Positions 1-10,086 of a stretch of DNA of 64,000 nucleotides are shown piece by piece (within the stretch, counting starts at the first letter, position 1; every line of letters starts with the position of its first letter). The position numbers were made by a program, and so were the translations under genes. The DNA lies in NCBI GenBank assembly GCA_046706365.1, contig JBJKPN010000083.1, positions 7,541 through 71,540 of the forward strand, given 5' to 3'. The notes beneath the pieces were generated by a model. That model saw only the letters and a list, made by a program, of their open reading frames with translations. It ran no database searches and was not told the origin of the DNA. This stretch comes from Candidatus Kryptoniota bacterium (GTDB lineage: Bacteria; Bacteroidota; Ignavibacteria; Kryptoniales; JAKASW01).

Positions 1-1243
1 AAGGATAGGGATGGCCCTCCTTCTCAACCGAAACTATCGTTCCAAGGCCGACAGTCGCGGCGGTTCCGATGTCTACGATGAGAAATGAGCCGAGCTCTCC
101 GGATTCCTTGAAAGGAAGGCAATAATGCGTGGCCGAGAGAGATATGGCTGCCAATCCAATTTCATTGCGTGCCAGGCCGGCGGATGGAACCAGCTTAAGC
201 GTGTCAAGGTCAAGACGTTCCTTTACCTGCTTCACGCTTGCGCGAATTTTCCGTGACAGGAACTTCAACTCGTAGACGCTGTTCGCCTCCATTTTCTCTT
301 CGCCGAACCAGAAGACCTGGCAGAAAAGAGTGTCGCCGTTCATCATTTTTGTTCCCGAAGCAACAAGCTTGTCTCCCCTTGCAATATCGATGTCGTCGGC
401 GAGCTCGATCATTACCGGCTCATATGTGTCCGCCGAGCGAGCAGTATTTCCCGAAACGGTGATTCCCACGACTCGCGTCTTCATAAGAGACGGGACAGCG
501 ACTATCTCGTCGCCAACTGAAATCGAACCGGAGATTACCGTACCCGCATAGTGTCTCCTTTCTGAATCCCTGGATACATACTGAACCGGGAGACAAAACC
601 GGGAACCGCGAGGTTTCTCCACATCGATGGTTTCGAGCAGCTCGAGCACGCTGCCGCCGTCATACCAGGTCATCGTCTCAGACCTCGACACGACGTTATC
701 TCCAAGCTTAGAAGATACCGGGACAAACCAGGAAGAGCACCTACCACCGTACATAGTCTCGATTACACTCGCGATTTCCCGTCTTGTCTCTTCGAAGGAA
801 TCTTGTTTGAAATCCACCAGATCAATCTTGTTGACGGCTACAATGAGCCTGTCGACGCCCATCAGAGAGAGAATAGAGAGATGTCGTTTTGTCTGCGGCT
901 TGATTCCGGATGAGACATCCACGAGGAGAACTGCAAGGTCCGATTTGGATGCCGCGACCGCCATGTTCCTGGTGTACTGTGTGTGTCCCGGAGCGTCGGC
1001 TATTATGAATTTGCGTTTGCGGGTGAAGAAGTAGCGGTACGAAACGTCGATGGTTATTCCCTGTTCGATTTCTGCTTTGAGACCGTCGACCAGGTATGCG
1101 AGCTCGGGCTCGTTCCCCGTCTTCCTGTTCAGCTGTTGGAGAGCACTCAGGTGGTCTTCATATACGTTTCCGCTGTCGAGCAGCAGTCGTCCGATGAAAG
1201 TGCTCTTGCCGTCATCGACGCTGCCGCAGGTGAGGAGCCTCAT
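1..1243 (-). CDS. cysN: Sulfate adenylyltransferase subunit 1, CysN GTPase (assimilatory); C-terminal end runs off the window
   Basis: Not in the ORF track because no stop lies inside the window. My own translation of the minus strand from ATG 1243 reads MRLLTCGSVDDGKSTFIGRLLLDSG... It has GTPase motifs G1 GSVDDGKST, G3 DAPGH and G4 NKID, and the frame stays open to base 1. It lies about 45 nt downstream of cysD. Confidence 0.88.
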   Translation of the reverse strand, partial: MRLLTCGSVDDGKSTFIGRLLLDSGNVYEDHLSALQQLNRKTGNEPELAYLVDGLKAEIEQGITIDVSYRYFFTRKRKFIIADAPGHTQYTRNMAVAASKSDLAVLLVDVSSGIKPQTKRHLSILSLMGVDRLIVAVNKIDLVDFKQDSFEETRREIASVIETMYGGRCSSWFVPVSSKLGDNVVSRSETMTWYDGGSVLELLETIDVEKPRGSRFCLPVQYVSRDSERRHYAGTVISGSISVGDEIVAVPSLMKTRVVGITVSGNTARSADTYEPVMIELADDIDIARGDKLVASGTKMMNGDTLFCQVFWFGEEKMEANSVYELKFLSRKIRASVKQVKERLDLDTLKLVPSAGLARNEIGLAAISLSATHYCLPFKESGELGSFLIVDIGTAATVGLGTIVSVEKEGHPYP

Positions 1244-1287
1244 TATCGGCGTGCCGAGATAATCGGCAATATTTTTCGCCGTGCCGT

Positions 1288-2184
1288 TCAAAAATATCCT
1301 CTCACCTTTTTCTGTTCCATAGAGCCGGGTTCGTCGTGATCGATCAGCCTCCCGACGCGCTCAGAATATTCCGTATTGAATATTTCCTCGACGATGTCGG
1401 AGATTGTCGTGGCTCTCGATTCAACTGCCGCCGTAAGCGGGTAGCATCCGAGTGTGCGGAAGCGAACCTGTTTCATCTCGGCCTTCTCGTTTTCGCGAAG
1501 CGGGAATCTGTCATCGTCTACCATTATAAGCATGCCGTCGCGAGTCACGACAGGCCTCTCGGCCGCATAATACAGAGGGACTATCGGTATCCGTTCTTCC
1601 CTGATGTACAGCCATATGTCGAGCTCTGTCCAGTTCGAGAGGGGGAAGACCCTGATCGTTTGCCCATTCATTACGCGGCAATTGTACATGTCCCAGAATT
1701 CCGGCCGCTGGAATCTCGGGTTCCATTTATGTCCGGCATCCCGGACTGAAAAGACGCGCTCCTTCGCACGCGACCTCTCTTCGTCCCGTCTTGCACCCCC
1801 GATAATTATATCGAAGCCGTGAAGGTCCAATGCCTGCTTCAGCGCTTCCGTTTTCATGATTGCGGTGTAATGGCCGCTGCTCGTCGAGAACGGGGTGATA
1901 CCGCGCCTTTTTCCCTCTGGATTTGTATAAGTCAGCAGCTTAACCCCAAGCTCCCTGGCTCTCCGATCGCGGAATGTTATCATTTCCCTGAATTTCCAGG
2001 TTGTATCTATATGGAGAAGCGGGACCGGAGGTTTCGACGGCGAGAATGCCTTCATCAGAAGATGGAGAAGTACTGAGGAATCTTTGCCTATGGAGTAAAG
2101 AAGGACGGGGTTCTGCGATTCCGCTACCGCCTCTCGAATAATGTAGATGCTTTCGTTCTCCAGCTCGCGCAAAACCGAACTCAT
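1288..2184 (-). CDS. cysD: Sulfate adenylyltransferase subunit 2 (CysD, PAPS-reductase-like ATP pyrophosphatase fold)
   Basis: 298-aa [15 protein letters not shown]-like N-terminus ([15 protein letters not shown]), [14 protein letters not shown]-loop, C-terminal EQKKVRGYF. Followed by cysN. Confidence 0.92.
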   Translation of the reverse strand: MSSVLRELENESIYIIREAVAESQNPVLLYSIGKDSSVLLHLLMKAFSPSKPPVPLLHIDTTWKFREMITFRDRRARELGVKLLTYTNPEGKRRGITPFSTSSGHYTAIMKTEALKQALDLHGFDIIIGGARRDEERSRAKERVFSVRDAGHKWNPRFQRPEFWDMYNCRVMNGQTIRVFPLSNWTELDIWLYIREERIPIVPLYYAAERPVVTRDGMLIMVDDDRFPLRENEKAEMKQVRFRTLGCYPLTAAVESRATTISDIVEEIFNTEYSERVGRLIDHDEPGSMEQKKVRGYF

Positions 2185-2761
2185 ATTTCGTCCTTGGGAA
2201 GCAAGCTCAATAACTCATCTTCATTTATTTAATGTGCGCCAGATTCTTGTTAAGGAACTGCGAGCGCATGCAATTCCTATAACAAGATTTCCGGCCATTC
2301 AGTTACTTTCGGAATGGTCCGTATCCGACACTTTGCCGGACGAGGAGGTGCCCCAGTGAAAAATGCGAACGTGCCGGAACATCAACAGGACTTAGCGATT
2401 CCGTCGCGTACTATCGTCTGTCTCCACGCCGCCCGAATGGCCGACAAGAGTATCGGTAGTCCGCTTTCTCCACCACATAGGAGCAGGACAAACAATCCGT
2501 GCCACAGTCACACGGTCTATTAGACGGAGTTAACTCAGGATTGGTTTAGTATGAACCGCGACTAATGTTCGGGGCAGATCAAGTGCGGTGGCATCTTCTT
2601 CTGTACAGGAAGTCCGGCCGGATGAAAGGCCTAATCTGAAGGGTTGGAACGTTGCGGAAAGATTCGAATCGAACATTCGCGCCGTTAACGTGAGCTGGCT
2701 TTACCCCGCCGCCGTAACTTCCGAAACGGGTTTCATCCCCGCGATGTGCTGCCGACGTTTC

Positions 2762-4030
2762 TTACCGCTTGCCCAGAACATCCTTTTCGTAAGCGGCCAC
2801 TTCATTTATATAGTCCTGGCCGACCGGAACGTCGTTGGTCATGCAGTAATAGTCATAAACCGCACCGAAAGGCTTTGTCTTGGCTACCTCGAGAAGAGCA
2901 AGCCTCTCGAAGTTTCTTCCGGCTTCCTCGTATTCCCTCAGCTTTGCGGTGGGCTCGAGAAGCGCGCAGAGGAATGCAGCCTGCGCTGCCCGCGCCCCGA
3001 CAACGTACGCCCCTACACGGTTGATGCTTGCATCGAAGTAATCGAGCGCGACATGAACTCTCTTCAATGCGCCCGCTCTTACTATTTCCTGAGCTAGAAG
3101 CTGCACATCATCGTTCAATATGACAACGTGATCGCTGTCCCAATGGACGCCTCTTGAAATATGCAGGAGCAGCTCGTCAAGGAACTGCAGGGCCGCGGAT
3201 ATCTTGTCCCCAACCTGTTCAGTCGGGTGGAAGTGTCCCATGTCGTAGCAGACTATCTTCTTGTTCTTAACGGCGTATGCCAGATAGAACTCATGGGAGC
3301 CGACCGTCATCGCTTCAACACCGAGTCCGAACAATTTCCCCTCGAGTGAATCCTTCATGTAATCTGCAGGATATTTGTCGACGAAGATTTCATCCAGAGA
3401 TTGCTTCAACAGGGCCCGGTGCCGGTTCCTGTCGACGGGGTTGTCTTTGGAACCGTCGGGTATCCATATGTTATTGATGCACGGATTGCCGAGCTGCTTC
3501 CCCATTTCCGAAGCGATCATTCTCGTCCTTTTGACATGGTCAATCCAAAATGTTCTCCGCTTCTCATCGAGGCTCGAGAGAGTGTAACCGTCATCAGCGT
3601 ACGGATGCGAGAAGCAGGTCGGGTTGAAATCGAGACCGATGCCGAGTTTCCTCGCCCAGTCGATCCAGGTCTGAAAGTGTTTGACTTCTATCTGGTCGCG
3701 GTCGACCTTCTGCCCGGCGAAATCGCCGTAGATTGCGTGCAGGTTGAAGCGCTGCTTGCCCGGCAGGAGTCTCATCACCATCTCCATGTCTGCTTTGAGC
3801 TCGGCGATGGTCCGGGCCTTCCCGGGATAATTGCCGGTCGCCTGAATGCCGCCGCCCTCCAATTTGGAATCAGCAGTTTCGAATCCCGCGACATCGTCCC
3901 CCTGCCAGCAGTGAAGGCTGATATTCATGCTGTCCAGGCTCCTGATAGCCTCGTCCGTATCGACTCCCAGCACCGCAAAGGAGTCTTTTGCATACTTGTA
4001 ACCACTTTCGATTGACCTGGCATCTTTCAT
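2762..4030 (-). CDS. rhaA: L-rhamnose isomerase
   Basis: 422 aa. The N-terminal block AKDSFAVLGVDTDEAIRSLDSMNISLHCWQGDDVAGFE matches the RhaA hallmark (SxHCWQGDDVxGFE). First gene read after rhaB on the minus strand. Confidence 0.9.
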   Translation of the reverse strand: MKDARSIESGYKYAKDSFAVLGVDTDEAIRSLDSMNISLHCWQGDDVAGFETADSKLEGGGIQATGNYPGKARTIAELKADMEMVMRLLPGKQRFNLHAIYGDFAGQKVDRDQIEVKHFQTWIDWARKLGIGLDFNPTCFSHPYADDGYTLSSLDEKRRTFWIDHVKRTRMIASEMGKQLGNPCINNIWIPDGSKDNPVDRNRHRALLKQSLDEIFVDKYPADYMKDSLEGKLFGLGVEAMTVGSHEFYLAYAVKNKKIVCYDMGHFHPTEQVGDKISAALQFLDELLLHISRGVHWDSDHVVILNDDVQLLAQEIVRAGALKRVHVALDYFDASINRVGAYVVGARAAQAAFLCALLEPTAKLREYEEAGRNFERLALLEVAKTKPFGAVYDYYCMTNDVPVGQDYINEVAAYEKDVLGKR

Positions 4031-4060
4031 GTCATGTTCCTCCCTTAGGAAGAGAGCGCT

Positions 4061-5563
4061 TCATTGCCGGCGCTCTCTGCGTTTAGATAAAATGGCGTTG
4101 TATCTGTCTTCGTTTTCCTCATAGTATGAACCGCCAGCAGGTACATAAATCTTCTGTCCGAACGATCGGGCCACCATGCTTCTCCATTCTCTGTAATCCT
4201 GAACTCCGCCCGTTGAGACTGCGAGGACGCCGATGTTTCCGACTACCGTTCCCTCCGTCGGACCGGCGTATACCGTCCGACCGATCGCATCCGCGGTGTA
4301 CTGCATGAGGAGTTCGTTTTGAATTCCTCCGCCCACGGCAAACAGATTTCTGATCCCTCCGCCCGTCACTTCTTCAATTTCCTTGATAGCGGCTCTGTAG
4401 CTGAATGCGAGGCTCTCCAGCACGACGCGTATAATGAAACCGGGGGTCTCATTCGACTGTTGTCCGGTCTCGTGAAGGTAGTCGGCAATCTTGTTCGGCA
4501 TATCCCCCGGCTTCAGGAATCTCTGATCGTCAAGGTCGATCCAAGCTCCTGCAGGTTTTTCAGCACCGGCCATCGAGATCATTTCCTGATATGTATATTC
4601 ACTCCCGGTCGAAGCCCAGTATCTCCTGCATTCCTGTACAGGCCACAATCCGATAATGTTCTTCAGAAATCGCGTGGTTCCGTCCACTCCACCCTCGTTG
4701 GTGAAATTGTGCATCATTGCATCACCCGATACGATAGGTTGTTCAAGCTCGACGCCCATCAGCGACCACGTGCCCGAGCTGAGAAATGCCCAGTAGTCGG
4801 TCGCCGCAGGCACGGAGACTACGGCAGAGGCCGTATCATGCTCCGCGCTTGCAAAGACCGGAATATCTTCATCCAGCCCGGTCTTCCCGGCTATCGAGGG
4901 GAGAAGCGTTCCAAGCTTGGTACCCGGTTCCACGACTTCCCGGAAGAGTTTCTCAGGAAGTCCGAACTTGTCGATCAACTTTCGGTCCCAATCCCTCGTC
5001 CTCGGATCCACAAGACCGGTTGTAGATGCAATCGTAAATTCGGATTTCTTTTTTCCTGTAAGCATGAAAGTTATGAAGTCGGGCATGAGAAGCACAGAGT
5101 CCGCCGCTTCAAGCAGGTTGGGCTCATTCTTCCCCTCCGCCAGCAGCTGAAACACGGTATTGAACTGTGCGAACTGCGTGCCGGACCTCGCATACATTTC
5201 TTCCCTGGGGACAATTCCGAACGCCCGATCCATCATGCCGTCGGTCCGGTCGTCACGATAGTGGTACGGAGTGCCGAGGACATTTCCTTCCCGGTCGACC
5301 AGGACATAGTCGACACCCCACGTGTCGACTCCGATCCCGTCGAACTTAGACCCGTACTCGGCCTTCGCCTTTCCCAATCCTTCGAGGATCTCTCCGAAAA
5401 TCGAGTCGACGTCCCAGTGAAACCCGGTTTCCGTCCTTAGATTGTGAGTAGTGAATCTGTGAACCTCCTTCAAAACGATTCTGTCGTCTTTCAGAGTTGC
5501 AACAGCACATCGGCCGCTTTCCGCACCGAGGTCGAACGCGATGAATTTCTTTTCTCTGCTCAT
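4061..5563 (-). CDS. rhaB: Rhamnulokinase (FGGY carbohydrate kinase family)
   Basis: 500 aa. Has FIAFDLGAESGR N-terminal sugar-kinase motif and a C-terminal FAVGGGIQNELLMQ FGGY motif. Lies between rhaA and the aldolase fusion. Confidence 0.85.
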   Translation of the reverse strand: MSREKKFIAFDLGAESGRCAVATLKDDRIVLKEVHRFTTHNLRTETGFHWDVDSIFGEILEGLGKAKAEYGSKFDGIGVDTWGVDYVLVDREGNVLGTPYHYRDDRTDGMMDRAFGIVPREEMYARSGTQFAQFNTVFQLLAEGKNEPNLLEAADSVLLMPDFITFMLTGKKKSEFTIASTTGLVDPRTRDWDRKLIDKFGLPEKLFREVVEPGTKLGTLLPSIAGKTGLDEDIPVFASAEHDTASAVVSVPAATDYWAFLSSGTWSLMGVELEQPIVSGDAMMHNFTNEGGVDGTTRFLKNIIGLWPVQECRRYWASTGSEYTYQEMISMAGAEKPAGAWIDLDDQRFLKPGDMPNKIADYLHETGQQSNETPGFIIRVVLESLAFSYRAAIKEIEEVTGGGIRNLFAVGGGIQNELLMQYTADAIGRTVYAGPTEGTVVGNIGVLAVSTGGVQDYREWRSMVARSFGQKIYVPAGGSYYEENEDRYNAILSKRRERRQ

Positions 5564-5578
5564 CGGTTCAGGGAATGC

Positions 5579-7699
5579 TCATCTCACAAACGCTGCGGAC
5601 AGGCCGCCGTCGACATTCAGGACATTTCCGGTGGACTTGCCCAGCAGCCCGCCCACGAAGGCAAAGCATGCCGCGGCAATATCTTCCGGTAGAATGATTT
5701 CGTTAAGCAGTGTCCGTTTCGCGTAATAGGCCGGGAGCTCCTCGACCTTGATCCCGTAGGCCTTCGCTCTTCCCTCTGCCCAGGCACCGCTCCATATCTT
5801 GCTTCCGGCAATTACCGCATCGGGATTCACAACATTCACGCGTATCTTGTCTTTTCCGAGCTCAGCCGCGTTAAGCCTGCTCAGGTGCAACTGGGCAGCC
5901 TTTGCCGATCCATAAGCGGCATTGTTCGGGCCGCTTACCAGCGCATTCTTGCTCACGATGTTGACCACGTCGCCGCCGAACCCCTGCTTTCTCATGATCT
6001 CGACGCCCTTCTGGGTAACGAGGAATTGACCCTTGACCAGGACATCATACAGGAGGTCCCAGTCTTTTTCGGTATGCTCTTCGAGGGGCTTGGAAATTGA
6101 AAGCCCGGCGGAATTAACGACGATGTCTACACCGCCGAACGCCAGGACGGCTGCGTCGAACGCTTTACTCACGCTCGCGCCGTCCGTCACATCGATACTC
6201 GAAGCGACAAAACCGTCACTGCTGTACTTCTTCCCGAAGTCTTTCGAAGCTCCGTCAAGTCGCTTCGGATCGTTGTCGGTTATGACGACGCAGGCACCTT
6301 CATTGGCAAATTTCTCCGCCACGGCCTTTCCGATTCCCCCGGCACTGCCGGTCACGAGTGCCACTCTTCCGCTGAGCGGCTTTGGCTTCGGCCGCCTTGC
6401 AAGCTTCGCTTCCTCGAGAAGCCAGTATTCGATGTTGAAAGCTTCCTGCCTCGGCAGAGAAATGTATTCCGATATCGCCTCTGCGCCTCTCATCACGTTG
6501 ATGGCGTTGATGTAAAACTCGGCCGCGACCCTGGCCGTCTGCTTGTCCTTCGCAAAGGTAAACATGCCGACACCCGGGTAGAGGATCACAACAGGGTTTG
6601 CGTCGCGCATAGCCGGACTGTTCGCATGTTTGCACGTGTTGTAATACTCCGCGTACATCTTTCTGTACTCTTCGAACTGCGGCCCGATCTTCTTGTCGAC
6701 GGACTCCAGGTTCGAGAGGTCCTCGTCGCTCTTCAGGTTCAGCACAAGAGGTCTTATCTTCGTCCGCAAAAAATGGTCCGGGCAGCTTGTGCCCAGAGGC
6801 GCCAGTCTGGCAAGATCCTTCGAGTCGATAAACTCGAGCACGCGCTCGTCATCGGTGAAATGACCGATCATCTTTGCATGCGACGAGCAGTAGCCTCTGA
6901 GGACGGGGAACAATGCAGCGGCCTTCTTCCGCCTCTCGGCCTCAGGAAGCGGCTTCATAACCCCTCCACCGAATACTGCCGGTTTCTTTGCGGTCTTCTC
7001 ACCGATATATTCCGCGCACTTCTCTATTACTTCCAGCGAGTTCACATAACAATCGTACGACGTATCTCCCCATGTGAACAGTCCGTGTGAAGCCAGCATT
7101 ATGCCGCGAATGCCGGGATTGTCGTCGACACATTTTCTCAGCTTCAGCCCGAGGTCGAAACCCGGCCGCTGCCAATCCAGCCATCCGATTTTTCCTTCGA
7201 ACAATTCTTCGGTAATCCTCTTTCCGTCTTTCGCTGCCGCAATCGCAATTGCCGCATCCGGATGCAGATGGTCGATATGTTTGAACGGGAGAAACCCATG
7301 AAGCGGCGTGTCTATGGAAGGAGCTTTTGAATCCAGGTCGAAAATGCAATGGTTGAAGAGTGCGACCATCTCGTCTTCGTGTTCGATGCCCCGATAAATA
7401 TTCTTCAGGTTCCTCAGTCGTTCGACGTAAAGCGCCGCAAGCCCGCCCTTCGTCATCGTACCAAGGTCACCACCGGACCCTTTTACCCACATAACTTCGA
7501 CGTCTTTGCCCGTCAGAGGGTCCTTCGCCACAGCCTTGCATGACGTGTTCCCCCCGCCGTAATTCGTTAACCTGAGATCAGCGCCGAGCAGATTGGAACG
7601 ATAAACAAGCAATGCAACTTCGTCGCCTGCAATTGCAGATGCTTTCGCCTCATCCCAGAGGTAGCTGACGTTCTTAAATTGATTTTTCTTTGCCGACAT
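5579..7699 (-). CDS. rhaEW: Bifunctional rhamnulose-1-phosphate aldolase / short-chain dehydrogenase (RhaEW-type fusion)
   Basis: 706 aa. The N-terminal class II aldolase/adducin-like domain has NYGGGNTSCK. The C-terminal SDR domain has the Rossmann motif VTGSAGGIGKA and the catalytic YGSAKAA. First gene of the rha operon. Confidence 0.85.
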   Translation of the reverse strand: MSAKKNQFKNVSYLWDEAKASAIAGDEVALLVYRSNLLGADLRLTNYGGGNTSCKAVAKDPLTGKDVEVMWVKGSGGDLGTMTKGGLAALYVERLRNLKNIYRGIEHEDEMVALFNHCIFDLDSKAPSIDTPLHGFLPFKHIDHLHPDAAIAIAAAKDGKRITEELFEGKIGWLDWQRPGFDLGLKLRKCVDDNPGIRGIMLASHGLFTWGDTSYDCYVNSLEVIEKCAEYIGEKTAKKPAVFGGGVMKPLPEAERRKKAAALFPVLRGYCSSHAKMIGHFTDDERVLEFIDSKDLARLAPLGTSCPDHFLRTKIRPLVLNLKSDEDLSNLESVDKKIGPQFEEYRKMYAEYYNTCKHANSPAMRDANPVVILYPGVGMFTFAKDKQTARVAAEFYINAINVMRGAEAISEYISLPRQEAFNIEYWLLEEAKLARRPKPKPLSGRVALVTGSAGGIGKAVAEKFANEGACVVITDNDPKRLDGASKDFGKKYSSDGFVASSIDVTDGASVSKAFDAAVLAFGGVDIVVNSAGLSISKPLEEHTEKDWDLLYDVLVKGQFLVTQKGVEIMRKQGFGGDVVNIVSKNALVSGPNNAAYGSAKAAQLHLSRLNAAELGKDKIRVNVVNPDAVIAGSKIWSGAWAEGRAKAYGIKVEELPAYYAKRTLLNEIILPEDIAAACFAFVGGLLGKSTGNVLNVDGGLSAAFVR

Positions 7700-7827
7700 G
7701 ATTATGGCCTCGCTATAAACTCATTTCTTATTCATAATTATTTCCGATGACTCCCATATTTCAGCTAAGATTTGACAGGGTGGGAGATCTTGTGTAAGAC
7801 GCTTCAGAGTAGCGCCCAAATTCATAT

Positions 7828-7860
7828 ATGTAAATAGCCAATATGTCCCATCATTTACAT
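7828..7860. promoter_or_regulatory. 8-bp inverted repeat (ATGTAAAT ... ATTTACAT) in the divergent rhaEW / AraC promoter region; candidate operator
   Basis: Read directly: atgtaaat at 7828-7835 and atttacat at 7853-7860. They sit inside the 220-bp AT-rich gap between two divergent genes. No binding data. Confidence 0.3.
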
Positions 7861-7919
7861 TTTGTGACACTCGCGTTTTTGTCGAATTCCGCTTATTTTA
7901 GAGGTAAGCTCAGGATAAA

Positions 7920-8825
7920 TTGGATTTTATGATACGAACTAATTATTCCGTTTTCGATTATCTGGCGGTCGGTGACATCGACAAGGTTTGGGGGCTTTAC
8001 GTTACAGGAAGCGGAAGCGCAGACCTACCTCCGGGCGCCACCTATCCGCCGGTAGAACATCCCCAAAACTACATGTTCGATTTTCAACATGGGCGTGTCC
8101 TGACGGAATTCCAGATCGTTTTCATCTCACGCGGAAAGGGCACCTTCGAATCGAAGGAGGCTGGCACGAGAGAGATCGAAGAGGGAACAGCACTCCTTCT
8201 CTTCCCCGGCATATGGCACAGATACGCGCCCGCCCGGGACACAGGTTGGAGAGAACACTGGGTGTCGTTCAACGGAGTCCAGCCCGAGGCATTCAGGGAT
8301 TCGGGTATTCTCCCGACCGAGCAGCAGGTCCTGGAAATCGGAATGGATGAAACGATAATCGATCTCTACCAGAGGATCCTCGAGTCCATGGAGGGGGAAA
8401 AAATCGGATTCAAGGAGACAATCTCGGCCCTCACGTACCAGCTGATTGCCCGAATAAATTCGATCCGGAAATCGCAGCAGTTTGCAGGTGAAGAGACCGC
8501 CTCGTTCGTCCAGAAAAGCAAGGCATATATGAGAGATCATATCGATAGCCCGATAGATCTTAAGCTTCTCACTTCCGAGCTCGGCGTGGGATATTCCTGG
8601 TTCAGAAAAACATTCAAGCATCATACCGGCCTCGCTCCCAACCAATACATAATGCAGCTGAAGCTCAACAAGGCAAAAGACCTTCTCGTGAACACCTCCC
8701 TGCCCATCAAGCAGATTTCATCGATGCTCGGATTCGAATCCCAGTTCTACTTCTCGAAGTTCTTCAAGAATAAGACCGGCATACCTCCGATCCGATGGCG
8801 CAGCCGCTCCAGGATGAAGTCGTGA
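7920..8825 (+). CDS. AraC-family transcriptional regulator (cupin sensor + dual HTH), probable rhamnose-cluster regulator
   Basis: 301 aa. The C-terminal AraC HTH reads LTSELGVGYSWFRKTFKHHTGLAPNQYIMQLKLNKAKDLL ... GFESQFYFSKFFKNKTG. Divergent from the rha operon. The start is TTG 7920 or ATG 7929. Confidence 0.85.
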   Translation: MDFMIRTNYSVFDYLAVGDIDKVWGLYVTGSGSADLPPGATYPPVEHPQNYMFDFQHGRVLTEFQIVFISRGKGTFESKEAGTREIEEGTALLLFPGIWHRYAPARDTGWREHWVSFNGVQPEAFRDSGILPTEQQVLEIGMDETIIDLYQRILESMEGEKIGFKETISALTYQLIARINSIRKSQQFAGEETASFVQKSKAYMRDHIDSPIDLKLLTSELGVGYSWFRKTFKHHTGLAPNQYIMQLKLNKAKDLLVNTSLPIKQISSMLGFESQFYFSKFFKNKTGIPPIRWRSRSRMKS

Positions 8826-8958
8826 CGACTCCCACTTCAGTCAGGCACGCAGGACCATTTCATCTCTGAAACGACCGGACAGCGGGTGAAAACGGTAGTG
8901 ACATAAAGGCCATGCCTCAGTATATTTGGTAGAAAAACAGACAAAGGAAACTCATATC

Positions 8959-9795
8959 ATGTCAATTAATCCGAGAATGAACCGGCTCTTTCAGCCGGAC
9001 AACAAGTGCTTCGACGTCGCGATAGACCATGGTTTTTTCAACGAGTTTTCATTCCTGTCGGGAATCGAAAACATGAAGAAAGCGGTCGAAACGATCGTCG
9101 AGGCAAATCCAGACGCCATCCAATTGAGCCTTGGACAGGCCCATCACCTGCAGGATATTAAAGGCAAGAAGAAGCCTGCTCTGGTGTTCAGAACCGATGT
9201 CGCGAACGTCTACGGCACGAAGCTCCCCCGTCACCTGTTCAGCCAGCTCGTGGAGAGGCCGGTGGAGCAGGCACTCCGGCTCGATGCCGCGTGTGTTGTG
9301 GCTAACGTATTTCTAATGCCGGACCAGCCTGAGGTGTACCACGACTGCATCAGGAATGTCACTCTGCTCAAGCCCGAGTGCGAACGCTACGGGATGCCGC
9401 TGATGGTCGAGCCTCTCGTTATGCAGCCGAACGAAAAGAAGGGCGGGTACATGGTGGACGGCGATCTGAATAAGATAATCCCGCTCGTCCGGCAAGCGGT
9501 GGAACTCGGCGCAGACATAATCAAGGCCGACCCGTCAGACGACGTATCGCAGTACCACAAGGTTATCGAGGCAGCATCCGGCAAGCCGGTGCTAGTTCGT
9601 GGAGGAGGCCGCGCGGCGGATGAGGAAATACTCAACCGTACTTATGCGATCATGCAGCAGGGTGCCGCAGGCATCGTGTACGGTCGGAATGTGATCCAGC
9701 ATCCGAAACCGCGCAAGATGACCGAAGCCTTTATGGCAGTCGTTCACGACGGCGCCGACGTCAAAAAGGCTATGGCAATTCTTAACGGGGCGTAA
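8959..9795 (+). CDS. Class I aldolase of the DhnA/FbaB/LsrF (DeoC-like) family
   Basis: MNRLFQPDNKCFDVAIDHGFFNE..., GADIIKAD and VLVRGGG blocks are typical of FbaB-type TIM-barrel aldolases. ATG 8959 is preferred because of the AAGGAAA ribosome-binding site 8 nt upstream. The track ORF starts at TTG 8926. Confidence 0.7.
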   Translation: MSINPRMNRLFQPDNKCFDVAIDHGFFNEFSFLSGIENMKKAVETIVEANPDAIQLSLGQAHHLQDIKGKKKPALVFRTDVANVYGTKLPRHLFSQLVERPVEQALRLDAACVVANVFLMPDQPEVYHDCIRNVTLLKPECERYGMPLMVEPLVMQPNEKKGGYMVDGDLNKIIPLVRQAVELGADIIKADPSDDVSQYHKVIEAASGKPVLVRGGGRAADEEILNRTYAIMQQGAAGIVYGRNVIQHPKPRKMTEAFMAVVHDGADVKKAMAILNGA

Positions 9796-10086
9796 GAGTT
9801 GCCCCCCGAGTGATGGAACCTTGCCGCTCAGTCAAGCGAACCGTCATGTTCTCTGCCGGTTCTCGACGGCACCGGGGATACAATCTCATAAGAATTAATT
9901 TCGGGTAGCTGGTTAAGGCCGGCTCTGCGCCGGCCTTGACCGATCCCGGCAAATTCCACGGCGGGCCTGTTTTGTTTCGGCCGTCACCGACTGGGCCTTT
10001 CAAATCCGGTGTTTCTTGCATTTATTAGGGGCAAATGACTTCGCCATCCTGAAACCGAAACGTACCAAAGGGACGTTAGAGGGTAT

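Noticed and set aside
2661-2670. tRNA T-arm-like string GATTCGAATC
   Set aside because: It is a simple palindrome. Flanking bases cannot form T-stem, acceptor or anticodon arms on either strand.
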